NCBI RefSeq assembly: GCF_038025025.1
Contig: NW_027117340.1
Span: 1,550,001-1,614,000, forward strand
Reading direction: 5' to 3'
Length of the DNA stretch: 64,000 bases
Source: Phyllosticta citribraziliensis
Lineage: Eukaryota
This document shows, piece by piece, positions 49,735 through 62,947 of the stretch; positions within the stretch are counted from its first letter, which is position 1; every line of letters starts with the position of its first letter. A program made the translations under genes and the position numbers. The notes below the pieces were generated by a model. The model worked only from the letters and a program-made list of their open reading frames with translations. It did no database searches and was not told the DNA's origin.

Positions 49735-52700
49735 ATGGACGCCCGCCTTGAAAGCGCCCCATACACAAGAGGCCCCCAACCACCACCCCCTCAGGCTTAC
49801 CAGGCTCAAAACCTCCAGCAGCCTGCCTCGTACCGCCGATATCCACAGCAGCCCACTCCAGCCTACGCTCGTCCCCCGGAAGATTTGATCTACCCTCAGC
49901 AATACAACGCGCCGGCCCCAAACGGTTCAGCTCGACCCAGTAAGCGTCGGGGCAGCGCATCTAACCCGCATTCAACAAACGGGCAGACTACAAGCTACGC
50001 GACACCCCCAGAGACATTGCGTTATGACGACGTCTACACGGGCAGCTTCGCGGCTCCCGCGGGTTCTCAGAGCCATAAGCGCTACCAACCAGCTCCGGCA
50101 ATGCGAACCGAAGGGTCCACGCGGGCCCACGTCTACACCCAAGTCGAGCCGATGCGCCAGCTCGACCAAGCCCCGACAAGCCCCAACGTCGCTCCACCTG
50201 TCCCAGACCGTGGCAATGATTCTTCTGCCACCGCTCCCGTGCGACGCGGACGAGGCTCCGTCTCGCATCGCTCACCACTCCAAAAGCTCGAAGGTGCGCT
50301 AGACAATATCAGCAAGGAGGAGCGCAGGGCACGCGTAGCCGATGCTGAAGCGAGGGCCGAAGAGAGACTTGCCGCAAGGCGTGCTTCGGAACAGCATGAC
50401 TACTCCAGAACAAGGACTCGCCGTTTTTCCAGTGCCGCTGCACCTGAGCCAGCTGTCGAACGAGTGCCTAGTGATAGGCGCAATGTTTCCATGCCGGAGC
50501 CTGTGCCATCGGCATCCAACCGACCCCGAAAGGACCCCGATGAAGGCACCGTACATCGCAAGCCTGTCGGCCAGGACCAACACGTTACCCAGCCCTCTCG
50601 CCGAGGGGCCCAGCGTAAACAGGAAGCCTACAATTCTGAGAACCGTGGTAAACGAGCTGCCCTACCCGCAAATGGCCCCGGACGCTCCGTGAAGTTTCGC
50701 GAGCCCGACGCAAATACTTCACACTCAAGTGGACCTGCGGCCGTGGCTACTAGCGCTGGTATTGCGCTTGCGGGGGTTGATAGTCCCAACGAGCATCGTC
50801 AAGAACCCCAGCCTGCCATTGGGCGAAACGGTAGTATGGGACGGAGTAACAGCCGCAAGTTGCAAAAGCGCAATGTGCCCCAGGAATATCAAAAACCTCT
50901 TGCAAGCCGGGACAACAGAAAAGCGCCAGATGCTTACAGGCAGTTGTCAAGTGATCGCATGGGTCATTCTCAAGGCGCTCGAGCTGCCGAGACTTATCAT
51001 GAAACAGACCCAGTGCCAAGAGAGGTGGTCCGCAAGCCAGTCTCCGAAGGCCCCAGATACGAAGTGCCGCCCCAAACCGCGGGCGCGCGTCGTGCGCAGG
51101 ACAAAGTGGGCTTCAACCAAGAAGATCCGGCTGCGGTAGCAGCAGACAGAGAAGAGCAAGGCCATCGCCACCTTTCCGGGCTATTCCATCGACACCATTC
51201 TGAAGAACGCCGATATGCGCCCTTCAAGGGACTGGACGACTGGAAGACGGCAGACAAGGCAATATTGACAGCCGACGACCTCAATGTTGACGGTGACTCA
51301 GAGACTGATCTTGCCCAAGCTTGGTGGGAGCGCACCGGCTCTCATCGTCGCAGAGCCAGTCAAACTGGCATCGCTTCAGCGCAATATGACGGCCTCAACG
51401 GCTCGTACGACGACCAGACCGGCCAAACACGCTTCAATCCTACTCTCTATATGAAGTGCGGCCCGCTCTTGCGGTACACCGGCATGAAAAGAGAGTCTCG
51501 CATGGGCCGCAATGACCGCTGGTTATGGCGCGGCAGTGTGATGATTGTAACCATTGACAGATATTCCAATTACGATACCCCACCCGTTTTGCGTCTTTTC
51601 GTTCAATCAAAATTTCTTTTGCCTCCTCCCCCGGCCGAACTTGACGAGAGTAACGGCCAAAAGCTTGCATCCGAGTACGTGGACCCCCTGGCTGGGGAAG
51701 CCAAGGTCAGTCGTACGGGAAAGACCCTGTACGTCCGACCAGTCGAGGATCTTGAAGAAGGAATCGACCTATCAACCCGAGAGGACGACACCGGTCTATT
51801 TGAATTGTCCCGCAGCGCATCAAACAACAGATCTCGAATCAGTCGAAAAGATGGCGAAAAAGCAGGCAAGTTCCGCGAGGTCAAGGCGGCAAGACTTCAT
51901 GCTGAACGAGGCGTCACCTTCTGGCGTTTCAATATTGAAGTTGAGCTCGGCAAGGTGCAGTCGCGCCTGGCATACCGAATCAACCGTGGACCTGCCATTG
52001 GTTTTTGGGTGCCCGCTAGGGGTGAAACAATGAACATCATGTTTCACAGCTGCAACGGCTTTTCTTTGAGCGTTGACCCGAACCAATTCTGCGGACCAGA
52101 CCCCATGTGGCGCGATGTGCTCAACAACCACCAGACTCGGCCATTTCATGTCATGATCGGAGGTGGCGACCAAATCTATAATGACAAGTCGACGCAGGCG
52201 ACGACGTATTTCAAAGAGTGGCTGGCAACCAAGAATGCTATGATCAAGCACACGGCTCAATTTACGCCGGAAATGCAGGATGAGCTCGAGCAATTCTACC
52301 TCGACCGCTATGCCATGTGGTTTTCTCAAGGCCTGTTTGGAATGGCGGCCAGTCAGATCCCAATGGTCAACATGTGGGATGATCACGACATCATTGACGG
52401 CTTTGGTTCCTACCCTCATCACTTTATGAAGAACCCAGTGTTTTGCGGGCTTGGGGCTGTTGCTTTCAAGTACTACATGCTCTTCCAACACCAAAGCGTG
52501 CCAGATGAGACCGAGAGACAAGAGGAATCTTGGCTGCTGGGAGCGGCACCTGGCCCATACATCAACCAATTGAGCCGCAACATCTTCATGTTTCTCGGCA
52601 AAAACGTCGCTTTCCTAGGGCTCGATTGCCGGACGGAGAGGATGCGGGACGAAGTCCTCAGCGAGGATTCGTACTACAAGATCTTTGAGCGATGCCGTAG

Positions 52701-54803
52701 AGAGATTCGCAAGGGCGAAACGAAGCACCTGATTGTCCTGCTTGGAGTGGTGAGTACGAAACCATCGAATTTGAATTCCCACTGCTAACTCATCAGCCAA
52801 TTGCATATCCTCGATTGAACTTTTTGGAAAACCTCCTCACTTCCAGAGTTATGGATCCTATCAAGGCTCTTGGCCGCACCGGAATGCTCGGAGGTTTTGT
52901 CAACAAGTTTGATGGCGGTGTCGAGATTCTGGACGACCTCGATGACCACTGGACAGCCAAGCACCACAAGGCGGAGCGCAACTGGTTTATTCAAGAATTA
53001 CAAGAGCTTGCTGCCGACAAGTCTGTCCGGGTCACAATACTTGGCGGCGACGTCCATCTGGCTGCCGTGGGCCAATTTTACAGCAAAAAGAGGCTGCACA
53101 TTCCAAAAGACAGAGACCATCGCTATATGCCAAACATCATCTCTTCAGCCATTGTCAACACGCCGCCACCCGAACTCATGGGAGACATCCTCAACAAGCG
53201 CAACAAGGTTCACCATCTCGACGAAGACACTGACGAAGACATGATTCCCATGTTCACCCACGATGTGGATGGCAAGCCACGCAACAATCATCACCTGCTG
53301 CCTCGGCGAAACTGGTGCTCCATTCGCGAGTACAGGCCCGGCACAACGCCGCCTCCAACCCCCAGCCAGCGCGCCCGCTCATTAGATGGCTCCTTTGCTG
53401 AGGAGGCCCACGTCCGTCGTACAGGATCAATGACTCGAAACGACTTCAAGCCGAGCAACATCATCCGGCGAATTTCGGGACGTGGACCACCGCCATCCTT
53501 TTACAACGACAGCCGCCGGCAAAGGTCTGTGAGCTTTGACGGCACTACCAACTCGCGAACCGGCAATCTCAACCAAACGACGCTTCCAACTGCCATGGCA
53601 ACCGGCAGCCAACCACAGCTGAACCGCCCAGCTGCCGACCCTCCCCGTCCGAACCCCTTTCATCGCCGCCCCACTGGTCTCAGCATCAAAGCCGCTCGCA
53701 AAGGAGGCCCCTTCGACCCTGATGCTGGGTATGACTCGGACGACCCAGATAATGTGGCTGGCGCCATCAACCTCGAGCATGGCCTCGACGTCGTGCTTAA
53801 CCTCGAGGTCTCGCAGCACGACCCTGCAGGCATAACTGCTCCGTACCGCCTCCTCGTTCCTGCGCTTGAGTATCACGGCCCCGTGAAAGAAAGCGTTGAT
53901 GAGCTGATGAAGAAGAGACCCGCTGGAGCTGGGTTCAAGAGCTTCTTTGGCAGTCTCGGAGGGTCAGGCGACCGGAAAGGATTGGGCAGAGGCGAGCGAG
54001 ACTCTTACATTGACAGTCGCGACGCCAGTCCTTTGAGCACTGAGCCACGGACATCTGATCATCACATGGATACTTCTCATCGCCGCACGCGTTCGCGCTC
54101 TCGGTCTCGCTCGCGGACCCGTGACCTCGGCGGCGATGGCACCTTTGGTCCTCGTGAGCGCGACACGCATGTATCCAATGGCGTCTCGCGCCGTCCAAGA
54201 TCCCCTCCTGCTACACAACGCCCAGCTCCAGCACCAGGAGAGCCAAACGTTGAATACGGACAAGGACCCATTTACGGGACAAACCGCAACTTGCAGCGCG
54301 CCGACCCAGCACGTGAGGGGCGCTACCTATCGTCCGACTCTCTTCCGCAAATGCACGACAACGCCAACCCCAATACCAACGTTCCTCGGCGCAGCACGAG
54401 TGCGAGCATGCGCAGTTGGGACGCCGAGGATGACCGTGGAGGGCTTGGCAACGGGCGTGGGCGCGGGTTCAAAGATGCGTTTGGCGAGGTCAAGCAAGAG
54501 CTGAGGGGAGGGCTGCGGGCGCTGAGCGCGGGGCTCCGTCGGCCAAGCGCCAGTCGCGAGAGGGGCTTTGTCGTTGAGAGGAGAGGCGACAGGGCTGTCC
54601 TGGGAGATCGGGGCATTCCAGGCGAGGAAGTTGGCGGAGCGGAAAGGGTTCTGAATGGTGGTGGTGTTGGCGGCGGGGCCGCGAGGACGAGCATGGCACA
54701 GACGAGGGATTATGGAGGCGCGAATGAGGTGGAGGAGCAATCCGGAACAGCCGCCAAGCAGCACAAGAGGAGGGGAAGTGGTGGGTGGAAGGTATGGCGT
54801 TGA
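49735..54803 (+). CDS. PhoD-like metallophosphatase-domain protein with long disordered termini, ~1673 aa; intron 52750-52796
   Basis: FHSCNGFS, HVMIGGGDQIYND, WDDHDIIDGFGSY and ILGGDVHLAA; the intron joins LLGV|PIAYPRL. Confidence 0.88.
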
Positions 54804-56476
54804 GGGTTGTTCGACACTGAGGTGACCGACAGGGACGGCTGTAGATGGTTCCGCTGGTAGACCATCTTTCCATTCTCCACCTTTTTCTTTCTGACCACGA
54901 ATGGACGACGACACCACTTTTCTTTCTTCTCCTTCTCCCTCTTCTTTTTCCGATGATGATGACTGCTTCTTATCCCTTCCTTTGCCCTCTTACTCTCTTT
55001 GTCCGATTCTACATCTGCACGACCTAATCTGCACACATGCCCTACTCCTTTTCACATTGCTTTAAAGTATCATTATTTTTTTAGTACCATATCTGTCTTG
55101 CTATATACCTAACGACGTCACGACATGTTTACCCTCATCATTTCAAGGACCTCTCTGCATCTCTTTTTTTACTCTCATGCTGGATGTAGTAAACCCCAAG
55201 ATGTGATTGTGACTACCCGCTTCAGCCGTGTCGATCGTTGCGGACATCGCAGGTGTAGCTGTAAGCTTAGCGATTTGCGAAAGCCGCGAACACTCAGGTG
55301 GGAAATAAGACATCAGTGGATAGGAATGGATGGGAGCGAGGGCATCTACGGACAAGAAGTGGTACGGCGGGCGAGATTGTCGATTGGTGTAGCGACCAAG
55401 ACGAGCCGAGGCTGCTCCTGGCTCACCCAGCCTATTCCGGACTAACTCTTCACGTGATCTTAGCGAGCTCTCTGGGATGACGTAAGGTAGGGTACCAGGT
55501 CCGGCAGGTCCCATCCACACCTAGGTATCCACTCGGCCATTTCCATTCCATTCCGGTTGACTTCCTCTTCACAGACCCAATTCCCCGTCCAGTCTTGACC
55601 TCGGACACCTTATGTAGCGCCAGTTGTCTCGTCAAGCAAAAACCTCCGCCCGCCTGCTTTCACCACAGCGCCTCCAATACCTTTCCCGGACAGTGGCACC
55701 GTTCCTTCGCCAACTTTGAAAGTCACCCCGAGCTTAAGCTTGGAGCCACACCGCGAGTATCCCCGCGAAATGACAAGCAGCACTTCTCCCGCTAAATTTA
55801 GATTCCACGTGATTGCCTACCGAACTTCATCTCGCTCTGCGCAAATCTTATCTCCTTGCAGTCTTTGGTATCCTTCAATTTCCTCGTTTGCAGACGCGGG
55901 GGAAGTTCGTGGGGGTGACTGTTCGGTCAACATGAGTTGCAAACTGGCCCATTTATCACTGATTTTGGCGCGTGTTGGGACAAACCACCATCGTCTCTTC
56001 TCCACACAACCGCATCTCGAGACCTGCCACGGAAGCCGACGGATGACTGAGGAATCTGCCTTTGTCTCGCAAATTTATCTTTGGAGCGCCAAAATAGGAA
56101 AATTGATGTCAATATCCAGATCTTAGCGGAAACTCTGGCTAATATACGAGCTAGCTGACAAGCCGCGAACAAAGCTTTGATACTCACAGTTGATCACAGG
56201 TGATTCGCTGCGCTCGCATCTCGCGCATATGGCTTGGTCGGTCGCGAATCGTCGCCTGTCGTTCGCTGTTCGTGTAACGAGCCCCATTAGCAGCGGTCAA
56301 GGATTGACAACGGTACGACAATGCCCAGAGTGAAAAGCGGCTGCAATTGCCTCTCGGCAGACCCGTATTTTTTTGGACCCGGTTGGGTCATCCTGGGCGA
56401 CATGTAACCCGACAGACGCCGGATATGTTGTTTAAGTACAAAGTCAACCGCTCCCCCAAACTTGGATGGTACTTTG

Positions 56477-56482
56477 TATAAA
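56477..56482 (+). promoter_or_regulatory. Putative TATA box of the small secreted protein gene
   Basis: TATAAA about 90 bp upstream of ATG 56570, followed by a pyrimidine/CA-rich leader. Confidence 0.5.
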
Positions 56483-56569
56483 CCACCAGGCCTCATCCGC
56501 TTCGCACTTCTCACCTCCGTGGTTGCACGACTCTACCACCTGAGCCCTGCTTCAACATCAATACTCATC

Positions 56570-57176
56570 ATGCGTCACATCATCACTACTGGACTTGGTC
56601 TGCTCGCGGCCTCAACTGCCGCCGCCCAGGATAGCGGCGCTCCACCAACTCTGCAGTACACAGTATCGAACTTCTACGCCTACTGGTCTCTCGGTATCGT
56701 CATTGAGACATCCTTCGACGTGAAGGAGAAAGACACGGGCAAAGACATTGCTCACTGCGCTGGCAAGGCACCATCCTCGATCACTTCGCCTCCCCAATTC
56801 CAGCCCTACGACGTGGGTAAATGTGAAAGCAAGGACCCTGGGAGCGAAGTCACTACAACTGTGGGAGGAAGTCCAGGTCAAAACTTCCTCATCTACCTGA
56901 ACGACACTCAAAGCATTCCGTAAGAAAAAGGCTCCTGCCCTTCTGTTAAATCATATTACTCACGACTACAACAACAGGTGCGGTCCTCAAAAACGATACG
57001 AAGCCAAGATCAGTTTCAGTGAACAGTTTTTCCACTGCGACAGCCTGGAGCAGAATGGCAACTCTGCTAAATGTAATCAGTATCCAGGTAGTGTCATTGA
57101 TATTCCCCTGAACAAGTATTTTGAGGGCAAGCCCGGAGAATTGCGCCGTCGAGACGCACAGGGCGAAAGGTGTTGA
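56570..57176 (+). CDS. Small secreted cysteine-containing protein (candidate effector), 182 aa; intron 56920-56977
   Basis: Signal peptide MRHIITTGLGLLAASTAAA; GTAAGA...CAG intron joins TQSIP|CGPQKRYEAKISF...; six Cys; frame closes at TGA 57174-57176. Confidence 0.8.
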
Positions 57177-58938
57177 ATGGACTTTTTTGGTCTTGTTGCG
57201 AGCTTCTGGGTTATGAGAGGCCGGACGCGGGTTTCTTGCTATCGTCTTGGAATGATGTGGACACAGTTTCTACAATATGGCAGCACAAATTGTGCGTCAG
57301 TTCTACCCAACAAGTGGCACCTCGCAACGATGTGATGTGCAATCACCGCGATTCGCAAATCACCCGATTGACTCTCGGCGAATGCTCACTTTTCTCAGTC
57401 GACACAAAATAGCTCTAGGACGATATGAGCGTTCTGACAGACAAGCCCAAAGCCTTGGATTCAATAGTCATCTCTTTCACGCTGGCGCGTACTTAATTCG
57501 AGATGGACAACCAATCCGGACCCTCAAGTGTCGAAAGAAGAAATTTCGCCTGCTTATTTAAGGCGTGGTGTGATGACAATGAAAGTTTCCATCCGCGGGG
57601 AGCATCGCAATTTCCAACTAAAGCTTCTACGGCAGCATGACGCTCAACTTCCAGCTGGTATCCGCAGAACCGGCGTCAGCCATCCTGGTGAATTCTTGCC
57701 CAAATCAGGTGCGCTTGCGGAGACTTACGCACAAGCAGCGCAACAACAGACAGCGCCCGTGTAGACCACTTTGATTGATGGGCTTGTCCGAACATGACAT
57801 GGAGATCATCGATTATTGCACTCTCAAAAGAGCGTGTAACATTAGATTTCTTCCGCCTTCTTCCCTTACCAACGCCAGCGTTTTCATCGGAGGGTCAAGC
57901 TCTTGGAAACAAGTGGGATATCTACCACGCTCTCTATGGCCTCGTGAAATCGTGCCGCTATTTACAGGGAGTGAAGTTTTGTAAGCAAGTACCATAACCC
58001 GCCACGCCATCCCGTACGCCTCCCCGTACGCCATCCCGTCAAACCTGACAAGGCACTTCAGGCTGCTTTGACACTCCCCGGATCTCAACCTTCCAGAACA
58101 CGTTAGAGCCGAGGAGTTCAGCATTCGCGGGCCGCGACGCAAAGAAGCTTTTGGTCGGCTTTGTCAACGCTGTGGGCTAAGGCACGGCACATCAGCCTGA
58201 CATTTAACCGATGACAGGACGGGATGCTATCACGATTCTGGCCCATGGCTCAGGGTTCAAAATGGTGTACCGATACCGAACCCGAAGACGCCTTTGAAAT
58301 GGTTGTTAGCGCCCAATGTTGTCTGATCACGAATAACTCCCAGGGCATGCAAGTCATTCACGGCACGGCTTGAAGATAACGTGGAGGCGTTGCTGTACAT
58401 CTGTCATCATGGCCATTTGTAAATCATTACATAGGTAGTCGAGTTCAATCAAGGCATGATAAGAGCTCGTACAAATTGAGGAAGCGTGAGACTTGCACCG
58501 CGGGTCTCAGACTCTCAGTCAGGCCTTTGTCTCACGCGGCTTTGGAAGCTGCGCATTGGATTTCGATTGAGTCCTGTGCGGATTTGATTTTGATCGCGAA
58601 ATGCAGGTTTGCGGAGAAGGAGAAGGAGAAGGCGATGGTGGTCAGTTGCGGTACGCGCCGAGGCGGCTGTGCAGGGTTTCGCGGCAGCCCACCCGACCTC
58701 AGCCTGATGGTGGCGGCCTTCAACACCACATGTACCGGCCGGCCATGCCCGGACGTCATTGCATGGCGCAGCGCGCGTTTGGCCCTCCGAGCACCAAGTC
58801 GACAGACATTTCTCCAGCGTCGCTCGCTCCCGCTTCCCTCCGCGTGTCATGAGTAAGCCATTCGGCGCCTTCATGCTCCGATAAATCACAGGCACCTCAG
58901 TTCCCTTGCTCCGCCCATCAACGTCATTCTTCTCCACC

Positions 58939-60631
58939 ATGCTCGTCTCCATTCTCCTCGACCAGCCGCCGCCGCACTACACGAACCTCGACACCATCAC
59001 CGGTCGCGTGCTCTTGCGCGCAACAAGCAACACCACCGTCTCGTCCATCGTCGTCAAGCTTGAAGGCGAGAGCAGGACAAGGCTCATTCCACCGCCTAGG
59101 CCCGACTACCCGAACAAACAACAGCGACCTGTGCTGGAGATTCATAAGGCATGATATGGCTCCTCCGCATCTGTCGTCGCTCGAGTCTAATGCTCCGCAG
59201 ATCCTGTACAAAACCGCCATCGTTTTTCCTCCCCCAAACCTCCAGACCCTCGACTGGGAGTCGCACAAGTACACTCTGAATCTTGGAGAATACGAGTACC
59301 CGTTTGCATTCAAGGTCGGACCAACCTCGAGATTGTGTCGAATATGGGAAATGCTGACTCCAGCTAGCTTCCTTTCAACAATGCCTGCCACACCACAAAC
59401 TCCCTCACGGGCGGACTCAACATTGCGACCCTGGAGATAGCAAGACCGCCAACTCGCCATGTCAAACAGACATTACCCCCTTCGCTGACCGGGTACCCTG
59501 GTGAAGCCGAGGTCAAATACTTTGTCAAATGCACAGTCAATCGCCCGTCTTTGTTGAAGGAGAACCCGAGGGCCGTAAGTTTCGCAAGGCAATGCTCGCT
59601 GCGCTAGGCTGACCGCGCCCTAGTTTGTCCACTTCAACTTTCTTCCCATAGAACCACCGAGGCCCCAGAAATCCGACGGCGAGGTTTACGCAAGGCGCCA
59701 GCATCAGTTCAACCCAAAGCTCGTCCCGGGGCCTGAGCGAAAAAGCAGCTTTCTTGGAAAACTCAAGGAAAAATCTGGCAGCGCTCCACCCAGTCCCATC
59801 ATCTCTACTCCCCCTGGAGAACCTCCTCGATTCAGCGTCGATGCCCGCATACCGAACCCGGCAATCCTGACGCTCAACGACGACCTTCCCCTTCGCGTGC
59901 TCGTCAAGCAGCTAAACGAGCGGACGGAACCGGTCTACCTGCAAATGCTCCAGATCGAGCTCATTGGTTACACGCAAGTGCGGGCGCACGAGATAGGGCG
60001 CACCGAATCCAATAGCTGGATCATCGCCAGTTTCTCCAACATGGCAATCCCCCTAGGCGCACCGTCAGACGTGCCAGGCACTGAGGTGCCCATCAACCCG
60101 GAATACTGGAGCGGGAAGCCGCTGCCCAACACGGTGGCCCCATCATTCGAGACATGCAACCTATCCCGCTACTACGAGCTCGAAGTGCGCGTCGGCTTGG
60201 GATATGCAACCTACAAGCACGGCTTGGACCAGCTCATCGTCCTGCCACTGCGCTTGCCCGTGAAGGTCTACTCTGGCATTGAGCCGCCGCCCGCCCTGCT
60301 GGCAGCCATGGCGGACCCATCAAAAGCAGCAGCGGCAGCTGGCTCTCCCAATGGCATACCGCCCCGCAAACCTGTGCCTGGGGGCATGTCCGCATCCCCG
60401 TACTACGCCCCCTCCTCGCCTTCTCCCTCATCTGCACCTCCTCAGTACATGATGCCTCCGCAAGGCGGCTACCCACCGCCGCAGGGCGATTCAGGCTTCG
60501 AGGACGCGCCGCCTAGCTATGAGGATGCGATTGCGACCAACTTGCCGCCTGTCAACGGCCCTCGCAGGGATTACGCGCCCCCGCCGGTGCCCGAGGGCGC
60601 GCCGCGGTTTAGCAATGATGAGAAGAGATGA
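58939..60631 (+). CDS. Alpha-arrestin (arrestin-N domain) protein with C-terminal PY motifs, ~512 aa; introns 59149-59200 (GC-AG), 59315-59367, 59575-59623
   Basis: YTNLDTITGRV, IVVKLEGESRT, EIHK|ILYK, GEYEYPFAFKLP, TLPPS, PSFETCNLSRYYELEV and PPSY. Confidence 0.9.
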
Positions 60632-61378
60632 TGAGAATTCTTGACGGACGTAATGCATGCGAGCGGATAGGAGTTGTGAGATGTGGTAATCACGGCAGCA
60701 TTTGGGTGGCGATATTTGCATACTCTTTGTATCCTTGCATTTCTAGATGTGTGAGAAGGCGGGTGTGTCTGGGATAGGCATGCGGAGCGAGTTTGATTGC
60801 AGAAACCGTGACTGGTGCGGTCATGTACTCCACTACGAACCACGACGATGTCTCTTCTCGCGAAGAATCGGAAGGCTTCGACAGTTCGATGCTGAGCACT
60901 TTAATGTTCCATATAGTATAATTGTTGAGCGATTGAATGCTTCCTGTCCGAGTTCCCGCAGGAGAGAAAGTTGTCATGCTTCCACTCCGTCTCGTTTTCG
61001 CCATGCTATCATTCTGTCCTCTCCTCCTTCTCCAAGCACATTGAGAGATTGGCAGACAAAGAGCGACCCATGTCAAAAATGTAACAAAGGCATTGTCTTC
61101 TTCATGTTTTGGCGCACTGCACCGCATTGTTGTCCGAAGATTGCGTAGACAAAGACATTGTTTCGAATCTTTGCCAATAACGACAGCAACGACCCCAGCA
61201 CCTCCCCTCATTTCAATGCCACTGTTCGCAATGGGCTACCCACGATAAAAGGGCAAGTCTTCTGCATAAGGAGCAATCATCAACAAAAACCAACAAGACT
61301 CACTCACACAGGCAACCCATCCATCCACCCATTCAGCTTTATCCACAGATAGCCCTGTCACACTTACCAAAGAACAGG

Positions 61379-62134
61379 ATGGGATCCAGAAGCCTCAATG
61401 AGTACATGTTCTCCACCGGTCCCATGTGCCTAAACCCACACGACCAGCAGCAGGTGACGCGTGAGATGTCACCTCGCGCCGTCGCCGCCATGCGCACAAA
61501 GCTGACAGCCGAAATCGCAACGCTGCGCGTCCAATCTGCCAGGGAGACCCAGCGCAGGGACTGGAATGACATCGCGCCCATCGACAAGCCGTCGACGCGC
61601 ACCCTGTTTGTGCGGCTGAGCCAGCTCGCCGTGCTGGATGCACGGTACCCTCTCCTTTCCCCTTCTTCTGCTGCTTCTTCCAACAACGGTGGTGCTGATG
61701 GCAGCAACGACGACAGTGAGTGCCTCGTTGCGCCGGAGAGGTGCGACTGGAGCTACATCGGCGCCGGACTGAACCCCAACTTTGCGTACGAAGGCCCCTG
61801 GGGCCCGAAGAAGACTGTAGATGCGCCCTCGTCGGTCGTCGACCTGGAGCGTCCCGTGTCGCCGAAGACGGTGGTGGGGTTTCCCCAGCGCGCGCGCGTG
61901 CGCGCGTCTACCGCGACGAGCGCGCAGCGGCGTTCGACTGGCACCGGCAGGTACTATGCTGGTACTAGCCCAGTCGTTCCGCGTCCTAGAGTGCCGGGGC
62001 CGAGTGCGGCCATCAGCGCCTTTTATCCAGCGTTGCCGTCGTCGTCCCGTCCGGGTCCTACGCGGAGGGTGCAGAGGCCGAGGAGGAACTCGGTCTGGGT
62101 TGCGCAGGAGAGGACTGACTGTGGAGTCATGTAG
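61379..62134 (+). CDS. Hypothetical protein, 251 aa
   Basis: ATG-initiated GC-rich ORF after a CA-rich leader; no family recognised. Confidence 0.5.
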   Translation: MGSRSLNEYMFSTGPMCLNPHDQQQVTREMSPRAVAAMRTKLTAEIATLRVQSARETQRRDWNDIAPIDKPSTRTLFVRLSQLAVLDARYPLLSPSSAASSNNGGADGSNDDSECLVAPERCDWSYIGAGLNPNFAYEGPWGPKKTVDAPSSVVDLERPVSPKTVVGFPQRARVRASTATSAQRRSTGTGRYYAGTSPVVPRPRVPGPSAAISAFYPALPSSSRPGPTRRVQRPRRNSVWVAQERTDCGVM

Positions 62135-62519
62135 AGAGACAGACTTGATGCTGAGAGACGAGAGAGCGTAGAGCTGGTTTCTTTTGTCTCTTAGAAGGTT
62201 CGGAGTGTCTTCGTATGCGCTGACATGAAACGTTTTATAGCCTACAATTCAAGTTTTCCTTCCGAAGGTTTTCTGATGCGAAGTTTCCCGTGAAATGAAA
62301 TGAAGTACGAGAGAATGTCTGGCCATGATTTATCAAAAGAGTCAAGTCAAGGTCAGGAAATGTTCTGATCAGTGTTTCAGAGATGTCGACAACGTGATTA
62401 CTCTGTAGCTGCCATGTTCAAATTCGATGGAATTGTTCTTGTTAGCCAGATGCATACAAAAGCGCGTGGCCCTCCCAGGATTGAAAGGGGCACCGCTTCC
62501 ACAAGAACCAAAAAAACCA

Positions 62520-62947
62520 TGGAAGGGTCTTACGAATTGCGAACAGACCTGATGGTCTCGGACGAGCTTGCCAACTTCGACGTGCGCTACCAACACGTGC
62601 CAATCGAGAAGCGCGCCGAGACGAAGGCTCAATTCGTAGAGCACTACCGCAAGGAGCTCGCGAAGGACATCTTGCACTGGCAACGCGTCCCGACCGACTA
62701 CGGCAACAAGATGTGGAAAGCGAAGGTGGGAGAAGCCGCGCTCTACGAGAGACGCTTCCCAACCCCTGGAGCCAGCCAGCAGGCTGCGATGGAACTTCCA
62801 GAAGGGCGTACGTACTGGGGTAAGTGGGACGTCCCGCACAACCCCAACGCCTCCATGACCGACCCGTTTCGTGCCAAGCGCACCCAGAACTCTTCCGCTC
62901 GAGAGGAGCGGGCCGTGTCCCCCAAGGGCACGAGGACGATTGATTGA
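62520..62947 (+). CDS. Hypothetical protein (~140 aa; start and possible 3' intron uncertain)
   Basis: AAAACCATGG start context near 62519 and protein-like composition (ELANFDVRYQHVPIEKRAETKAQFVEHYRKELAKDILHW). Confidence 0.4.

Noticed and set aside
6732..57176. Idea that LanCL, DapB, Kex2, the MFS transporter and the secreted protein form a peptide/RiPP biosynthetic cluster
   Set aside because: The genes are scattered over 50 kb among unrelated housekeeping genes. There is no repeated-core precursor, DUF3328 oxidase or dehydratase, and Kex2 and DapB are ordinary housekeeping proteases.
57528..58200. Fragmentary coding-like frames and a 12-bp tandem repeat near 58006-58040
   Set aside because: Multiple stops and no recognisable family; too weak to call even as a pseudogene.
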